36,173 nucleotides of DNA, from IMG/VR virus record IMGVR_UViG_3300048575_000247, positions 1-36,173 of that record; one strand, 5' to 3'. Numbering within the stretch: the first letter of the stretch is position 1; every line of letters starts with the position of its first letter. The notes under the pieces are model-generated. The model was not told where the DNA came from. It ran no database searches and was given only the letters and a program-made list of their open reading frames with translations. Shown one piece after another: positions 1 to 8,061 of the stretch. This DNA comes from a virus. Taxonomy: Duplodnaviria > Caudoviricetes. A program made the position numbers and the translations under genes.

Positions 1-8
1 CGGACCTT

Positions 9-1844
9 GTGCGCCTCTACACCGAGGCATTGGCCAAGGCCACGCGCAAGGGGCCGGCCGGAAGGGAATTCCTGGCCGCCTACCGGGCCGGCGTTTGGCC
101 GAAGATCAAAGAGACCCTCGGCGACCGCGTGTCCGTCCAGTCCTTGGAACGCTGGAAAACGACCTTGCGCCGCACTGGCTCCGCCCTGTCCCTGGCCGAC
201 ACGCGCGGCGGCGTACGCATCGAGCCAGCCGTGACCGAGCGCCATGCCCAGTTGCTCCTCGCCCTGGCCCGGCATCCCAACAAGCCGCGTCTGTCCCAGG
301 TCTGCCGCATGGCCCGCGAGGCCTTCAAGGCCGCCGGCCTGCATGACTGCGCCGACATCACGCTCTACCGCTACCTGAAACGGTGGATGGCGAACAATTA
401 CGGCGAATGGGTCTACTCCCGGGAAGGGGCCAAGGCATGGAACGACAAGTGTTGTCCATCCATCTTCCGCGATTTTGACAAGCTGGCTGTCGGCGACATC
501 GTAGTGGGTGATGGACACGTGCTCAACTGCGAAATTTTGGACCCCGAGACCGGCAAGGGGGCCAGAATGGAGCTGGTGCTTTGGTACGACATGAAGTCGA
601 ACTTCCCGCTTGGCTGGGAAATCCTGCCCACGGAAAACACCTTTGCTATCGCTTCGGGGCTTCGCCGAGCCTGTCTGCGACTCGGAAAATTCCCCAAGTA
701 TCCCTACTTGGATAATGGGCGGGCCTTCAAAGGCAAATTTTTCACAGGAGTTGACCTGGAGCAAAGCGGCTTGGGCGGCATGTTCCAGGAACTCGGCATG
801 GACCCGATGTTCGCATGGCCCTATCACGGCCAGTCCAAGACGGTTGAGCGTTTTTTTGAGACGTTTGCCGAGTTAGAAGTATGGGTACCGGCATACACAG
901 GAACCAGCATCGAGAACAAGCCTGCTCGCCTGCATCGCAACGAAAAACTCCACAAGAAGCTCTACGAGGCCGCCGGCGGTCGCCCGCTCACCATCCCTGA
1001 AGCCCATGCGGCCATTGCGATTTGGTTTGATGCCTATGCCGACCGTCCCCAGCGCGGTCATTTGAAAGGCAAGACACCTCGTGAAGTTTTCGAGGTCGGA
1101 CGCGGCCCGGGCCTGACCGACGCCGATCTTGTCAAGCTACGGTTGTGCATGCTGCGCAAGACCATCCGCACCATCGACAAGGACGGCATTAGCCTTTTCG
1201 GTGAACGCTACTATCACCCGTTCTTGCATCATCTGCGGCATCCGGTGCTCGTGCGTTACGACGACCAGGACCGAAGGTCCGTACTCATCTACGATGAAGC
1301 CGGGAAAAATCTTATCTGCGAGGCTACGCCCAAGCGCAAAGTCCATCCTGCCGCCCGCCAGATGGGCACAGACGAGGATCGGGCTATTCTGGCAGAGGAA
1401 ATCGGTCTGAAAAAGGCCCTGGAACGGCAAGTCACAGCGAGTGCCCGGGAGTTTCTGGAAACCGTGGTGCTGCCGGAAACCCAGCGCCGCATGCAGCTCG
1501 TTGCCGAGCAGAAGGCGGCCCCGCCTGCCCTGCCGGAACCTCCCGCCCCGAATGTCAAGAGCATCGAAGCCGCCAAGTCCGCGGCACGAGCCAAGCTCGA
1601 GGCCGCGCCGGCCTATGTGCCGCCGGCACAGATGGCGACCATCGTCACCGAGCTCGACCGCTACGAATACCTTTTCAACGTGTCCGTCCGGGACGGCGTG
1701 CCCCTTCGCGAGACCGACGCCGCCTGGATGGCTCGTTACGAGCAAACCGAGGAATACGCGGCTTGCGCGCGCCGGCGCTTCGAGCAGTTGCGCACGGTTT
1801 ACGCGCGCCGCCGCATGGCCGCCAACGGGGGAGAAAACGCATGA
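9..1844 (+). CDS. Mu-like DDE transposase A (probably 5'-truncated by the window edge)
   Basis: DDE contexts VVGDGH, YLDNGRAF, SKTVERFF; Mu-transposase C-terminal pattern (RTIDKDGISL...VRYD). Frame is open back to base 3, so the real start is likely upstream. Confidence 0.93.
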   Translation: MRLYTEALAKATRKGPAGREFLAAYRAGVWPKIKETLGDRVSVQSLERWKTTLRRTGSALSLADTRGGVRIEPAVTERHAQLLLALARHPNKPRLSQVCRMAREAFKAAGLHDCADITLYRYLKRWMANNYGEWVYSREGAKAWNDKCCPSIFRDFDKLAVGDIVVGDGHVLNCEILDPETGKGARMELVLWYDMKSNFPLGWEILPTENTFAIASGLRRACLRLGKFPKYPYLDNGRAFKGKFFTGVDLEQSGLGGMFQELGMDPMFAWPYHGQSKTVERFFETFAELEVWVPAYTGTSIENKPARLHRNEKLHKKLYEAAGGRPLTIPEAHAAIAIWFDAYADRPQRGHLKGKTPREVFEVGRGPGLTDADLVKLRLCMLRKTIRTIDKDGISLFGERYYHPFLHHLRHPVLVRYDDQDRRSVLIYDEAGKNLICEATPKRKVHPAARQMGTDEDRAILAEEIGLKKALERQVTASAREFLETVVLPETQRRMQLVAEQKAAPPALPEPPAPNVKSIEAAKSAARAKLEAAPAYVPPAQMATIVTELDRYEYLFNVSVRDGVPLRETDAAWMARYEQTEEYAACARRRFEQLRTVYARRRMAANGGENA

Positions 1845-2560
1845 AATCGGTTTTTGTGGAGACGGGCAACGTGACCGCATTTCGGCGGGCCGTGCTGACC
1901 GTCGAGGATACCGAACGCGGTCAACCGGGCATCGTCGTCGCCTGGGGACAAGCCGGCCGGGGCAAGACCTTTGCCGCACGCAACAGCTACACCGAACGCG
2001 GTGGAGTGTTTCTGTCCGCCTGGGAGAATGAAACCCAGGCATCATTCCTGGGGCGTTTGTGCTTTGAGACGATCAAGGCGAAAGCCCCGCGCTCGGCCAG
2101 CGCCTGCAAAGTGTGCATCATCGACGCCCTGAAAACGCGCCGCGACCAGGGCCAGGTCGCTTCCATCTACATGGACGAGGCCGATCGGCTCGCAATCGGC
2201 CGCATCAACGACCTGCGCGACATCCACAACGAGACTGGTTGCGCCGTGATCCTTATCGGGGAGGAAGAATTGATCGGCCTCCTCTCCAACCAGCGCCGCA
2301 TCTGGTCCCGTGTGACCCAGGAGGTGCCCTTTGGGCCGGTGGACGAGGCCGACGTCGCCGCTTTTGCTTTGGAGGCGGCCAATCTCGACCTGACGTCCGA
2401 GGCTTGCGCCATGGTCCGGGGCACCTCCGACGGCGACATGCGGCTTGTGCGCAACATGGTGCAGCTCCTGGAGCAGGCCGCCAAGGCCCGGGAAACCAAT
2501 CGCGCCGACGCGGCCATGGTGAAAGCCATACAGAAGCAACGGTCCTGGAGGCGGGGATGA
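1841..2560 (+). CDS. MuB-like AAA+ transposition ATPase (239 aa)
   Basis: Walker A GQAGRGKT, Walker B IYMDEAD, ILIGEE; ATGA overlap with the transposase stop and GGGAG upstream. Confidence 0.9.
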   Translation: MKSVFVETGNVTAFRRAVLTVEDTERGQPGIVVAWGQAGRGKTFAARNSYTERGGVFLSAWENETQASFLGRLCFETIKAKAPRSASACKVCIIDALKTRRDQGQVASIYMDEADRLAIGRINDLRDIHNETGCAVILIGEEELIGLLSNQRRIWSRVTQEVPFGPVDEADVAAFALEAANLDLTSEACAMVRGTSDGDMRLVRNMVQLLEQAAKARETNRADAAMVKAIQKQRSWRRG

Positions 2561-3207
2561 GCGGAACACTGCAACGCATGGCCTCCGAAGGCATCATCAC
2601 TGCGGAAACGATCCGCTCGGCCATCGTTGGCCTGGTCGAGAACGGAGCCGAGTATGTGACTCCGGTTCTGATTCGCGAAGCCCTGGGGTTGAAGCAAGAC
2701 GACCCGCGCGTGCGCTGTGCCCTGCGCGACATGGTGAAACGCAGGGAGCTGGAGCGCATCGAGATAGGCAAATATCGGTACAACCCGGCCGCCCGGGATG
2801 AAAGCCGCCGCGACTCCGAATTCTATCCGCGCATCTGGCGGGCCATCCGATCGGACAAGCCGGGCTTTACGCTCCAGGACATCGCCCTAGTGACTCGCGT
2901 CAGCTATTCGCATGTTCGCAAGTATGCAAATTTTTTAGAAGAGGCTGGCTATTTGGCCCGCTACGGCATGGCTGGCCAGCGTCGCAAATGGCGGGCCACC
3001 CGGCTTGCCCAGGACACGCCCGAAGCGCCCTATCCACCCCGAAAAATCAAGGACCCGTTCGAGCGGGAAAAGAACTTGGCCTTGGGCTTGGTGCAGGCGT
3101 TCTTGCTGCGTGACCCCTACCAGCCCCTTGTGCGGGGCAAAATCGTCGAGAACTGCCGGGCTATCCTGGCCCGGTTCGAGAAGGAGGACCAGGATGCAAC
3201 AGCTTAG
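2557..3207 (+). CDS. Putative winged-HTH DNA-binding early protein (216 aa)
   Basis: ATGA overlap with the ATPase stop after GGAGG; wHTH-like IWRAIR...FTLQDIALVTRVSYSHVRKYANFLEEAGYL; typical position after B. Confidence 0.7.
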   Translation: MSGTLQRMASEGIITAETIRSAIVGLVENGAEYVTPVLIREALGLKQDDPRVRCALRDMVKRRELERIEIGKYRYNPAARDESRRDSEFYPRIWRAIRSDKPGFTLQDIALVTRVSYSHVRKYANFLEEAGYLARYGMAGQRRKWRATRLAQDTPEAPYPPRKIKDPFEREKNLALGLVQAFLLRDPYQPLVRGKIVENCRAILARFEKEDQDATA

Positions 3208-3373
3208 GGAAGTGCTCGCCGACCTCATGGCCGTGGACGAATTGTCCGACGCCCAGGCCATCAAGGCGCGCGTGATCGTGGCCCGGACGAACCTGCGCCA
3301 AGTGATCCAGCAAATGGGGCTGCCCACGGCCAGGGTGGTCGGCCTCGGCGAAAGCAAGGAGGTAAAGGTATGA
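3194..3373 (+). CDS. Small hypothetical protein (59 aa, MQQLREVLADL...)
   Basis: AAGGAGG at 3181-3187 ahead of ATG 3194; stop overlaps the next ATG. Confidence 0.65.
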   Translation: MQQLREVLADLMAVDELSDAQAIKARVIVARTNLRQVIQQMGLPTARVVGLGESKEVKV

Positions 3374-3990
3374 GCGGTGAAGCACAGGCCCATGAGGGCT
3401 ACATGGAAAATGCCCTCGGGCATCTGATCCCACTGGACAAGGTCAAGCCCGTGGATCTGGCCCGCCACGAGTTGGTCATGGAGCTAGCCCGGTCGGCCAT
3501 GGCCCTGCAATCCGAAATGAAGCGCTTCCGGGACAAGGCCATGGGTGATGTGGAGGCCTTCGCCGACCTCTCAGCGGAAATGTACGAAGCCCCCATCGGC
3601 GGCAAGAAGGGCAATGTGCGCCTGGTGTCCTTCGACGGCCGCTTCATGATCCAACGCCAAATCTCGGAAAATCTCGTGTTTGACGAGAGGTTGCAGGCTG
3701 CCAAGGCGCTGATCGACCAATGCATCACCCGTTGGGCCGAGGGCAGCAACAACAACATTAAAGCCCTGGTGAACAGCGCCTTTAACGTGGACCGCGAAGG
3801 CCGCGTCAACGTCGGGCGCATCCTGGGCCTGCGCAGCCTGGACATCTCCGACCCGGACTGGCTGCAAGCCATGAAGGCCATCACCGACAGTATCCAGGTG
3901 GCCGGCTCCAAAGCCTATTTGCGCCTCTACAAGCGCCGCGACAGCGACGGCAAGTACGAGGCCATCCCCCTCGATCTGGCGGCTCTCTAA
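3370..3990 (+). CDS. DUF3164-family phage protein
   Basis: YMENALGHLIP...GGKKGNVRLVSFDG...FDERLQAAKALID...YEAIPLDLAAL resembles this family; AAGGAGG RBS. Confidence 0.85.
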   Translation: MSGEAQAHEGYMENALGHLIPLDKVKPVDLARHELVMELARSAMALQSEMKRFRDKAMGDVEAFADLSAEMYEAPIGGKKGNVRLVSFDGRFMIQRQISENLVFDERLQAAKALIDQCITRWAEGSNNNIKALVNSAFNVDREGRVNVGRILGLRSLDISDPDWLQAMKAITDSIQVAGSKAYLRLYKRRDSDGKYEAIPLDLAAL

Positions 3991-4014
3991 CCCCCAAACA
4001 AGAAGGATGGCATT

Positions 4015-4311
4015 ATGACCAAGGCGGAACTCATCGAGAAAATCAAGGCGCAGCTGGCGGACAATCCCAACACCAAGCACATCCACGAAAAGACGGTCAT
4101 CACCGCCGTGCTCGACGCGCTGGGCACGGTGGCCGCCGAGAGCTTGGCCAGCGGCGGCGAGGTGCCCCTGTCGGGGCTTGGCAAGTTGAAGTCCAAGCAG
4201 CGCAAGGCGCGCACGGGGCGCAACCCCAGGACCGGGGCTCCCGTCGATATTCCGGCCCACATGGCGGTGTCGTTCGATCCCGGGAAAGCGCTGACGGACG
4301 TACTGAAATAA
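4015..4311 (+). CDS. HU/IHF-family DNA-binding protein
   Basis: MTKAELI...LSGLGKL...RKARTGRNPRTGAPVDIPA...F.PGKAL signature. Confidence 0.95.
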   Translation: MTKAELIEKIKAQLADNPNTKHIHEKTVITAVLDALGTVAAESLASGGEVPLSGLGKLKSKQRKARTGRNPRTGAPVDIPAHMAVSFDPGKALTDVLK

Positions 4312-4318
4312 GACCCCA

Positions 4319-4383
4319 TGCGAAACCGCCCCACGTGCGGGGCGGTCGTCGGACGGTGGCGCGTCCGGCCCGATGAGCAGCCA
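4319..4383 (+). ncRNA. Type II hammerhead ribozyme-like RNA, copy 1 (CCGAUGA core variant)
   Basis: UGC-GAAA-[CCGCCCC/GGGGCGG]-UC-[GUCGGACG/CGUCCGGC]-CCGAUGA-GCA; loop UGGC can pair with 3' GCCA; predicted cut after C4347. Confidence 0.8.
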
Positions 4384-4397
4384 GGGAAAAACCCGAC

Positions 4398-4655
4398 ATG
4401 CATAAGCCAATCACGGATGCATCATTATCGATTGTAAGGGAAGTCGTCAGTATCGGATCGACACCGATAGCATTGCCTCTGAATGTTGTGAAAGAAATGA
4501 TCGCCAGGATAGACATTCAGGGCAAGAAGATCAGAGCTTATAAGACTCTCGTGGACTGTCACGACAACTACTTATGTGAAGTAGACCAAACAAGCGCTGT
4601 GTCGCAACGGCTGCTCTGTTTGGAAAAGGCGCGACAGGAGTTAAACAAAATATGA
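4398..4655 (+). CDS. Hypothetical protein (85 aa), lower GC than neighbours
   Basis: Fills the gap after the first hammerhead; stop overlaps the next ATG (ATGA). Confidence 0.65.
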   Translation: MHKPITDASLSIVREVVSIGSTPIALPLNVVKEMIARIDIQGKKIRAYKTLVDCHDNYLCEVDQTSAVSQRLLCLEKARQELNKI

Positions 4656-5347
4656 GCGAGAAACAAGAACGAATCCTCCGCGTCGTGCGCAAGTTGTTCG
4701 ATTTGGCGAACGGCGCGGGTACGCCGGAAGAGGCGCAAAGCGCGGCGATGAAGGCCCGCACCCTGCTCTCGGAATACAGCCTCTCCATGCCCGACGTGGA
4801 ATGGCAGGCGATGGCGGACGAGTTGTCTTGCGAGGAGCGGACGCAGCCCCTCACGACGCCCCATGTGCCGTCCTGGGTGAAAATCCTCTTCCGGGGCGTG
4901 TGCAGGGGCTTCGGCGTGGAGGGGTTCCATGGCTGGGCCGGAGAGAAACGTGCCGCCACCTTCGTGGGGGTCGACCCTGACGTGTCGCTTGCGTCGTACA
5001 CGTTCGGCTTCCTCTACCGGGTCGGCAAGCGCGCCCCGGGCATGCAGAAAAAGCGGGAACGCCAGCGGAACCAGTGGCGCATGGGGTTTGCGTATGCGCT
5101 GTATTCTCGCCTCAACGAATACCAGCACCATGAGCAGTCGAGGCAGGAAATGGCCCTGATGCCCGTGAAGCACGATCTCGCCAGGGACTACATCGCGAGC
5201 AAGTACCCCAACCTTGTCGCGGCGACCCCCATAAAGAAGGTGCGCCCCACGAAAGCGTACCAGGCCGGCTATGCGGAAGGCCTCCGGGTGCAATGGGGCC
5301 AGCCCGTGGGGACCGGAGGGGACGCCGCGCCCATGCTCGGCAAATAA
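4652..5347 (+). CDS. DUF2786-domain protein
   Basis: ERILRVVRKLFDLA...TPEEAQSAAMKARTLLSEYSL N-terminus and AYQAGYAEG C-terminus. Confidence 0.8.
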   Translation: MSEKQERILRVVRKLFDLANGAGTPEEAQSAAMKARTLLSEYSLSMPDVEWQAMADELSCEERTQPLTTPHVPSWVKILFRGVCRGFGVEGFHGWAGEKRAATFVGVDPDVSLASYTFGFLYRVGKRAPGMQKKRERQRNQWRMGFAYALYSRLNEYQHHEQSRQEMALMPVKHDLARDYIASKYPNLVAATPIKKVRPTKAYQAGYAEGLRVQWGQPVGTGGDAAPMLGK

Positions 5348-5352
5348 CCCCA

Positions 5353-5416
5353 TGCGAAACCGCCCCACGCGGGGCGGTCGTCCGGGCGTGGCGGCCCGGG
5401 CCTGATGATGCAGCCA
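5353..5416 (+). ncRNA. Type II hammerhead ribozyme-like RNA, copy 2 (CUGAUGA core plus one extra U)
   Basis: UGC-GAAA-[CCGCCCC/GGGGCGG]-UC-[GUCCGGGC/GCCCGGGC]-CUGAUGA-U-GCA-GCCA; predicted cut after C5379. Confidence 0.85.
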
Positions 5417-5428
5417 GGGAGAATAAGC

Positions 5429-5992
5429 ATGGAATGGCGCACCATTCCCGGGTTTGAGGACTACGAAGTGACGCTCGCCGGCCATGTCCGCCGTCGGGAC
5501 ACGCGGTACAGGGTCAGCCGTGTCGGCAGCCGGTATCGCCTGCGCGCCAACGGCCAACTCCACAAGATGCTGCCGGCGGAGATCGTGGCGCTTGCCTTTC
5601 CCGGCCCGGAAATCGTGGAGCGTCTTCGGGCGCGCGTCACGGAGCTGGAAAAGGCCCTGCGTCAGGCCCGGGAAGGCAATAAAGCCGCGACCGCGCCTGT
5701 CGCATCGCCGAAGCGTCCGCAGCCGTCCGCGCCGCCGGCCAAGCCGCAAGCCGCCGTCCGCAAAGAGCGCAACGCCGAGCCCCGTGTCAAAGCGGACACG
5801 GTGAAATCCCCTCGTGCCTCTCGCCCATGCCCCCCCCAAAAAAAGCAGCCTGCCGCCTCGCAGCCGGAACACCACGGCGATGCGAGGCTGCGTGCGTGGA
5901 TTCGGCCGGAGCATCCTATTTCGCAGGGGTGTCCCTGGCAGACGGGGGCGCTCCACGTGGAGACGGCCTGGGATTGGGCCGGAATCGTTTAG
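5429..5992 (+). CDS. NUMOD4-like domain protein with coiled coil and Pro/Ala/Lys-rich tail (187 aa)
   Basis: MEWRTIPGFEDYEVTLAGHVRR resembles the NUMOD4 motif; GGGAG at 5417-5421 supports ATG 5429 rather than 5405. Confidence 0.7.
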   Translation: MEWRTIPGFEDYEVTLAGHVRRRDTRYRVSRVGSRYRLRANGQLHKMLPAEIVALAFPGPEIVERLRARVTELEKALRQAREGNKAATAPVASPKRPQPSAPPAKPQAAVRKERNAEPRVKADTVKSPRASRPCPPQKKQPAASQPEHHGDARLRAWIRPEHPISQGCPWQTGALHVETAWDWAGIV

Positions 5993-6002
5993 GGAGGTGA
6001 TC

Positions 6003-6215
6003 ATGTTCGCCAAGGAAGATCGTTTTTACGCAGACGACAAGGCCGTTCGTGGGAGAGCCGGGATTTTCGACCGGGCCAAGGGCCACCGGCTGGTATGCTT
6101 CTTCTTTCCCGACCCCAACGATGCGGAAGCCGCGCCGAAGATCGCCCGTGTGTGCGCCGACGCCCTCAATGCGGTCGTGACCGGACGCCAAGGGGGGGGG
6201 CATGCGGCCGGGTGA
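6003..6215 (+). CDS. Hypothetical protein (70 aa, MFAKEDRF...)
   Basis: GGAGGTGA RBS before ATG 6003; packed in the operon. Confidence 0.65.
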   Translation: MFAKEDRFYADDKAVRGRAGIFDRAKGHRLVCFFFPDPNDAEAAPKIARVCADALNAVVTGRQGGGHAAG

Positions 6216-6426
6216 CGTCGTCACCAGCCGTCGCCACAAGGGTTTGATCCGGCTGGTGGTCGTCTACACCAACGGCGGCGGCATCGGCAAAAAGCTCAAA
6301 AAGGATGGCACGCCATCCCGGCGGGAAGTGGTCTTCGGACCGGGAGACATCATGGCCGTGCGCCAGACCCTGCCGGGCTGCGGCAATGATGCCGGGCCGG
6401 GGAAGACGCGGAGAAAATGGAGGTAG
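6202..6426 (+). CDS. Hypothetical protein (74 aa)
   Basis: Purine-rich RBS (AAGGGGGGG); overlaps the upstream gene and abuts the next. Confidence 0.55.
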   Translation: MRPGDVVTSRRHKGLIRLVVVYTNGGGIGKKLKKDGTPSRREVVFGPGDIMAVRQTLPGCGNDAGPGKTRRKWR

Positions 6427-6428
6427 CC

Positions 6429-6665
6429 ATGTATCTTGATTGGCAAGAGACGCTTCCCCAGGGGACGCGGGTGTTCACTGTAGAACCCGGTTACAAGAAC
6501 TGCAAGGTGCCCGGGCGGTATCTGGTGCGTCGCCTTGGAGACAAGCTCGTTTGCCCGGGCTGTGAACTGTTGTGTGCGCTCCAGGCGATGCATCATCCCT
6601 TGGAAGGCGAGGCCATCGTCGTGCGCAAACGCTATGTCCCTGCTCCGACGAGGATACCGTCATGA
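6429..6665 (+). CDS. Hypothetical protein (78 aa) with a CxxC motif
   Basis: GGAGG at 6419-6423 before ATG 6429; LVCPGC. Confidence 0.6.
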   Translation: MYLDWQETLPQGTRVFTVEPGYKNCKVPGRYLVRRLGDKLVCPGCELLCALQAMHHPLEGEAIVVRKRYVPAPTRIPS

Positions 6666-6691
6666 CCGCAACCGCTCCCAGGAGGTGAACC

Positions 6692-7249
6692 ATGGCAACG
6701 CGATCCTTTGTCCCGTGCGCGGCCATCTACAACATGCAAAGCAAGGTCTTTTTCGGGACGCTGCTCAAGGCCACCACGCTTTCGTATGAGGCCGACAAGG
6801 AGTTGTTGGTGGAAATGTTCGGCCGCATCCTCGGCGGCCCGGCGGCGTCCTGGTCGCAGTTGACCCTTGGCCAGCGCAACCAGGTGCTCGACGCCCTGGC
6901 CGCGCAATGGCTGTCCGAACATGCGGCCGTGGACATCCCGCTTTTGCCCAAGCGCCTTCGGGACTGGCGCAAGGGCGACAAGGCCGACGGCTACGAGCGC
7001 CTGGACATCCCGGCCGGCCCGTTGGCCCGGCAGAAGCGCTACATCCTCATGCTGTGGTGCCTGCTCGGCTACGAGCCCAAGAGCCTGGACGGCCGGGTGT
7101 CCAAGCAGTTCGACGTGGAAAAATTCGTCTGGCTGACCGACCCGGCGGCCCTGGCCACCCTGGCCAAGGACCTGTGGAGCCGCTGTCGCAAGGCCGGCAT
7201 CGATCCCGAGCCGGCCGAGGCCGGCGGCACGCGGCGCGCACTGGCATGA
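6692..7249 (+). CDS. GemA-like (Mu gp16/DUF1018-like) regulatory protein
   Basis: AGGAGGT RBS; SWSQLTLGQRNQVLDAL and QKRYILMLW...LDGRVSKQFDVEKFVWL patterns; expected position late in the early operon. Confidence 0.6.
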   Translation: MATRSFVPCAAIYNMQSKVFFGTLLKATTLSYEADKELLVEMFGRILGGPAASWSQLTLGQRNQVLDALAAQWLSEHAAVDIPLLPKRLRDWRKGDKADGYERLDIPAGPLARQKRYILMLWCLLGYEPKSLDGRVSKQFDVEKFVWLTDPAALATLAKDLWSRCRKAGIDPEPAEAGGTRRALA

Positions 7250-7252
7250 CGC

Positions 7253-7621
7253 ATGGGGTCGGACGAACGCGAGGCGTTGCGGGCCGCCATCCTGGCCCGC
7301 CATCGGAGCATCTACGCGTACTGCAAGGCGACCGGCGTCACCAAGAGCGTGGTGCTGCAAGTGTTGGCCGGTCGCTATCCCGGCAACGTGGCCCGGCAGA
7401 CGGCGCGCATCCGGGCTTCCCTGGCCGACACGCCGCCAGCCGTTCCAGGTGGCGAACCGCCGTCCATGACGGCCGTTTACGAGGCCCTGGAGCGCGTGGG
7501 TTGCGCCAGATGCCGGCAGACAGACAAGCGGCGTTGCAAAAGCTGCCGGGCGCTTTGGGAGCGGCAGGCGGCGGAAGTGGCGGCCCTGTATGCGGCGGCC
7601 GCGATTTCTCAACTTGGTTGA
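7253..7621 (+). CDS. Hypothetical protein, HTH-like N-terminus and CxxC...CxxC C-terminus
   Basis: SIYAYCKATGVTKSVVLQVLAGRYPG; CARC...CKSC. Confidence 0.6.
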   Translation: MGSDEREALRAAILARHRSIYAYCKATGVTKSVVLQVLAGRYPGNVARQTARIRASLADTPPAVPGGEPPSMTAVYEALERVGCARCRQTDKRRCKSCRALWERQAAEVAALYAAAAISQLG

Positions 7622-7635
7622 TACGAGGCGAGGCC

Positions 7636-8061
7636 ATGAGCGAGAAACGCCAAAAAACGACAACGATTTTGCTCCGAAACCAGGGCAAGACGGTCAAGCT
7701 GGAGCTCTTCCCGGCCGCGCAATGGGGTGGTCCTGCCGACGCCTGCCGCGTGCGCCTGGACGGCTGCTGGCATGCCCCGGCAGGCGAGCGCCATGCGTTT
7801 TTCACGCCGGCCGGCTTGATGGGCGTGCTGTTTCGGCTCGTGGCCGATCGGGAGTTGCTCCAGGACGCGCCGCAGCCGCCGTACCGGCGCGGCGATCGGG
7901 TGTCCGTGCCCACCGGCCGGATCGGGGCAAATGGGGAGCCGACATACGAAGGCACGTGGCTGGCCGGCGTGCCGATCCTGGGCATGGACGGCCGTTGGTG
8001 GGCACCGGTCGTGGGCCGCGATGATCCCGTGGCTCTGGACACCATAAGGGGGCACGTATGA
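7636..8061 (+). CDS. Hypothetical protein (141 aa, MSEKRQKTTTILL...)
   Basis: GAGG RBS; stop overlaps the next ATG; upstream in-frame extension is low-complexity. Confidence 0.65.
   Translation: MSEKRQKTTTILLRNQGKTVKLELFPAAQWGGPADACRVRLDGCWHAPAGERHAFFTPAGLMGVLFRLVADRELLQDAPQPPYRRGDRVSVPTGRIGANGEPTYEGTWLAGVPILGMDGRWWAPVVGRDDPVALDTIRGHV

Noticed and set aside
2113-2556. Long N-terminal extensions in the ORF track (starts 1763, 2113, 6907, 15794, 28624)
   Set aside because: Arg/Gly/Pro-rich off-frame readings of upstream genes; downstream ATGs have RBS or stop-start coupling.
3370-3990. Calling this ORF Mu gam
   Set aside because: The position fits, but the sequence resembles DUF3164 rather than Gam; function left unassigned.
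4312-5420. Repeats read as terminators, REP elements or CRISPR repeats
   Set aside because: No U-tract, only two copies 1 kb apart with genes between them; the hammerhead core explains the conserved bases better.
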